A DNA stretch of 64,000 nt from Spirogloea muscicola. Its lineage: Eukaryota. Positions within the stretch are counted from its first letter, which is position 1, and each line of letters opens with the position of its first letter. A model generated the notes under the pieces. The model had not been told where the DNA came from. It did no database searches and saw only the letters and a list, made by a program, of their open reading frames with translations. The stretch is taken from contig WELB01000012.1 in the NCBI GenBank assembly GCA_009602725.1, positions 946,941 through 1,010,940 of the forward strand, read 5' to 3'. Position numbers and translations under genes: made by a program. Shown in pieces: positions 59,532 to 64,000 of this stretch.

Positions 59532-60326
59532 CAATACATGCCATCCCTGTATGGCACGAGGTGCCCCATTGACTTCCCACGAGCTCGGGGCGCTGTTTTT
59601 GTCCTCTCATACTGGACAGTACATTCATAAGATTGTGCAGCAAGAAATCAAGCTATTCGAGCAGGCCAGATTTTATGCAGGTTGCCGGGAGGCAAGATTT
59701 GTTGTCGTACCAGCCTGTATGATTCTCAAGTGAACCTCTTTGAATGTAATCATGGAAGACCGTCACAAGGATGGCCATGTGAAGGTACATGTATCTAAGA
59801 TCTACTTAAGCCCTGCTGGGTGCACTGGCTGCGGAAAGGTAGCCCAAGAGAAAGAAGGGTCGGTTAGGGGAGAAGATGGGATGTTTTCATAATTGCACAG
59901 AGACGGGGTCATGAAGGAGGAGGGGGCAGGGCTTGTCAGAGGGCCACGCCTACGGCTCCATCTGAGCCTGCCTGAGATCCACCGCTTGGGCTTGCAGAAA
60001 TCACAAGACTACTGCTGCCAAAATCGTGTGCCAAGGTGGTTTGTGGAGTTATGGTGCACATGAGTTAGCTTGGGTGCTAAAAAAGGAAAGAGCATACAAA
60101 AGTCAGCGGTCGAAGGCAGGATTACGGGGCCTGCTCTGAAGGATAGTGCTGGGGAAGAGCGCACAGAGTGAGATATTGGAAATAGGCCAGGTGTGTAATG
60201 GGAATCGCTCTGGAGAAGAGATCAGGCATATGAAAGCAGGTTGAGATGATCGATCTAGGGCTGCGAGGTCTGGACTGAGGGTCATGGGATGCGCGCAAGC
60301 GAGTGCCTCCATGATGAACCGCCGTG

Positions 60327-60576
60327 TCACATGAACCCTTGATGGCCATGCCCATAGGGGCCGCCCCCCGGGGGGCCCATGCCGTACTGGCCATGGCCAT
60401 ACGGCGGTCCCTGCGGCGGTCCGCCAAATTGGCTGCCTGGAGGCGGCCCGCCCATCATGCCGGGGTGCGGGCCGCCCATGTGCCCGCCGGGGCCCATGGG
60501 GCCTGGCGGCGGCCCTCTCATGCCGCCCATGCCGCCCATGGGCCCCCCGCCGTACATCCCACCACCCTGCGGGTGA
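60327..60576 (-). CDS. Orphan Gly/Pro/Met-rich C-terminal coding segment of an unidentified gene
   Basis: HPQGGGMYGGGPMGGMGGMRGPPPGPMGPGG...HQGFM*; upstream side ends in a (GCC)n tract. Confidence 0.55.
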
Positions 60577-60607
<31 letters not shown>

Positions 60608-60766
60608 GTCGTCGATGTCTTGTCCAATCCATTGCGCCAGTCGCATCCTCGGTGTCCAGCTCGCTCGCTTTCGCGAGCTGCGCCGCTGCGCCGCAGTAGC
60701 TTCATTGACGGCTTGTGGCAATGGCATCGGCGGCGGCGGCGGCGGCGCGGGCTTGCTCTGCAACAG

Positions 60767-63700
60767 CGAGCTGCTGCTGGCGGGGCATGGCGCCCTCGCA
60801 GGCGGCGACGGCGCGGACTACGCCAAGAGCGCCGGCGCCCAGCCTCCGCCGCCGCTCGCTGCCGATGCCGCCGCCGCTCACGACGAGCAGCAGCCCGTAG
60901 CACGGATTGCCTTCGGGTCGTGCGCCAATCAGAGCGCGCCGCAGGTCCGCCAATGCCGCCGCCGCCGCCGCCACCGCCTTAGCACGATCGTCTTGAGGCC
61001 ATGTCAAGTACTGATCCATAACTGTCATAACTGTCAGCTTTAACCACTTACACTTAGCGGGAGGGCTGAGACGTCTGCTGCTGACGTCTCAGCCAGCACT
61101 AGCGCCAAGGCCGGCAACGCTGCTGGCATCGAGCTGCAGCTACTGACGGCGGCAGGCTGCGCTGACCCCGCCGGGCCCTGGCGCAGCCGATCTGGGGCCC
61201 GATCGTGGCGTTCCGCCCGGACGTGTTCGTCTGGATGGGCGACAACATCTACGCCGACGACAAGTTCCCAATTCGCCTCGCTGGGGACGCGCGCACCGTG
61301 GGGCCTTGGAAGAACGTGCCGCGCTTCCGCCACATTGGGGAGGCGCTCATGGCCGCGCGGTACGCCGAGCTGCGCGCGCAGCCCGGCTATGCAGCGCTCC
61401 GCCGGCAGGCCAAGGTGAGCACTTGGGCCAGTGGCTAGCCCCTCGCTCAGTTTGTCGAAGGCCCCTGACATGCATCAGCAACACTTGCAGCCGCTGACGC
61501 AGTAGTCGTGCCAGGTGATCGGGACGTGGGATGACCACGACTACGGCCTTGACAATGCTGGCAAGGAGTTTGTACTCAAGCGCGAGAGCCAGCGCCTCAT
61601 GCTCGACTTCTTCGACGAACCGCCCGACAGCCCTCGGCGCACCCAGGAGGGCGTCTACTCGGCGTACACGTACGGGCCTCCGGGCAAGCGCATCAAGGTG
61701 CGTGGGTTGACTGCCATGGCTGCCACCAGGCTTTCCCAACGACGATCTTCAGCAATGACAGTATTGGCAGGCAGCCACTCTGATACTGTTGAAAGGCCGT
61801 TGTGAATGCTGCCACTGCAGATCATCCTGCTGGACCTGCGCTACTTCCGCGACCCCGTGGGAAGCGACGGCACGATGCTGGGCGAGGTGCAGTGGGCGTG
61901 GCTCGGCCGTCAGCTCACCGGCTCCGACGCCCAAATCCACCTCATCGGCTCGTCCATCCAGGCTCGTCGCTCTGCCGAGCTCAAGTGCTAAACCCCCGAA
62001 TCACAAGCCATGACATGACTGGAACGCTTTCACACAGGATGCCAGAGATAATTTAAGTGTAACAAATTACGCTTCACTTCACACCTCTGATCCGTGCAAC
62101 TGCTATATGTTCCTTGCCACTGCGGCATGTTGCACATCTGTACGCCGTCGAGCGGCGCTACTCGGGCTCGCCTGTACTGCCCCAGGCTCTTTCTGCCTGT
62201 CTGTTTGACCTTGCGAGGGAGTGCAATGTGCGCTTGAATGTCCGGTAGCACTTGGCAACTGGCTGGCTAGCTGGGACTCAGTGTGCTGCTTCGCTTCCTG
62301 CAGCTGACCACATGTGCACCTTTTAGAAGGTCCGTAAGCGATAATAGAGCACGTATTATGACCGCCAGGCAAGTGCACTGATGCCACTTGGCGTGTGGTT
62401 GTGCAGGTCCTGTCTAACCTGTCAGCGCTGGTGCAGCCGCTGTTCGACACTGAGTCATGGGGCCGCTTTCCTTCTGATCGCAAGCGCCTCTTCCAATTGA
62501 TTGCTGACACCAAGGTGCGGTGCCCATGTGGCGAGCAGTGGCTTGGCCTAAGTCACCAAAACATCCAATATTCCTTGCAAATCCATTGTTGCAGCAAATA
62601 CTTCTGCCATGCAGTGCAAGGGCTTATCAATGATATCTAGGAGTGCCTGATTGTGGCTTCTGCATACAATTTACTTCTGTTCATGGCATACATGTAGTAC
62701 CATACATTTCTGCATTGTGAGCAGGCGCCAGGTGTGCTCTTCATCAGTGGCGACGTCCATTTTGCCGAAAACTCGCGGTACGACTGCTCAGGTGCCGGTT
62801 ACCCGCTCTACGACTTCACGTCCTCGGGCCTGACGCAGGCCACGGAGCTCGCCTTCTCCTTCCCGCTCAATTATGTGCAGCGATTTGCTGCGCGGGTCAT
62901 GACTGCCCCGCTGCGGTTGTACGAGCAGCCCGGCCTCCATAGCTGCCGGTACAAGGCCTGCGTTTATGGTGAGCTTGCACTTACTCAAACTCGGATACAG
63001 ATTGAGTGCACTGTCATAGGTGGATTTCGCTCTGGTTATGAACTTTCTTTTGAGAAAGGAGTCGTCAAGTCTTACTCAAGCAATCTGTGATGCAAACTAA
63101 TGGGATATTAGTAATGTATGCCAGTGCAAAATGATCTCAATGTAGCAAAAGAAGTCAGCTGATAGCATCGACAAGCTTTCAGCTAGTCTTCGCCCATCTG
63201 CAGCATCTTGCATGGGGTCATAGGCTGAATGAGTGCAAGCAAGTGTACATGTGTTGTCCTCCAGGGCTTCCAAACTTTGGGACATTCGTCATCGACTGGG
63301 ACGCAGCGCCGGTAACCATTCGTGCAGAGACGCGGGACGTTTATGGCCAGCCCGTCCTCGGCCACACGCTCCAGCTTGACGAGCTCCAGCCAGGGTATCT
63401 CAACGCTCAACGGGCGCCGGTGGAGGATGGAAAGCTGCGCCGCATTCGTCGCTTCTGCACGCTCGAAGTCGAGCTGCCCTGGTTCGATCGCTACGCAATG
63501 GCCGCATTCTCCGGCGTCATTCTTTCAGGTCCGGTGGCAGAGCTCACGTGCCATCTCTCACCAAGGACATAGCACGCACTTGGCCAGTCTGCAGGACAAT
63601 GCTGCGGTGATTATATCATAGTTGGAGAGCAAATTATTGACACGTTGGACTGTGCATTTGAGGCGGTTAACTTCGACATTACACTTATGCTTTGCTAGAT

Positions 63701-63899
63701 TGGTCCTTGCAGAGGTCATGCATCCACTCATGCGGCTCTGTTCTATCACCCAGCTTCTAATGCTTCACTGTGTGCGGCCCTCCTCGCAGTTATGCTCATT
63801 GGGCCCCCTGCCTTCCTCCTGGCGCTTCTGCTGCTCCTTCGGCAGGCTATGCGCTTCCGGCCCCTCGTGCGCTCCAAGTCTGGTATCAAGTTGGCTTGA
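60767..63899 (+). CDS. PhoD-like alkaline phosphatase with C-terminal membrane anchor; start uncertain
   Basis: RIAFGSC, VWMGDNIYAD, GTWDDHDYG, ILLDLRYFR, LGEVQWAWL, ESWGRFP, ISGDVHF, PNFG; last exon 63790-63899 is hydrophobic. Confidence 0.94.
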
Positions 63900-64000
63900 C
63901 AGCCATGCCCCTCACCATCTCCGGGCCACATACGCTAGTGGTTCGCTATGTCTTGAACACATCTGGCTCTTTCAGAAAGCCAACCCAAATTTAATCATTC

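Overview
GC-rich, intron-dense eukaryotic DNA from a draft assembly (four long N gaps, single-n joins at 13647 and 38652). Land-plant-type genes plus a plastid-type MurD suggest a streptophyte alga or early-diverging plant (inference). About 1-15.5 kb is a dense nest of 5'-truncated, restriction-endonuclease (RLE)-type, CRE-like non-LTR retrotransposon fragments from at least three subfamilies, mixed with gene debris (RPLP0 pseudogene, LRR-like remnant, a partial coiled-coil gene). After a tRNA-Ala(CGC) gene the window becomes gene-dense: a small membrane protein, SAC1, a truncated ePHD (BRP1-like) gene, 3'-truncated MurD, a rolling-stone-like membrane protein, Mpo1/DUF962, choline-phosphate cytidylyltransferase, an OTU-like protein, an eIF5 5' fragment, a LEA-like gene, a formate dehydrogenase pseudogene, TraB, RPL17, PrimPol, a UDP-Gal transporter and a PhoD phosphatase. 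The most interesting signal is the retroelement system. It has no poly(A) tail, ends in a pyrimidine terminus (GGGNGAGCNCTT(T)CTT), and carries a conserved 3' stem-loop. It leaves 9-15 bp target duplications, produces micro-insertions of 11-115 bp (some apparently primed inside the 3' UTR), and repeatedly inserts into its own copies. Exon boundaries were read by eye and family assignments come from motif recall, not database searches.
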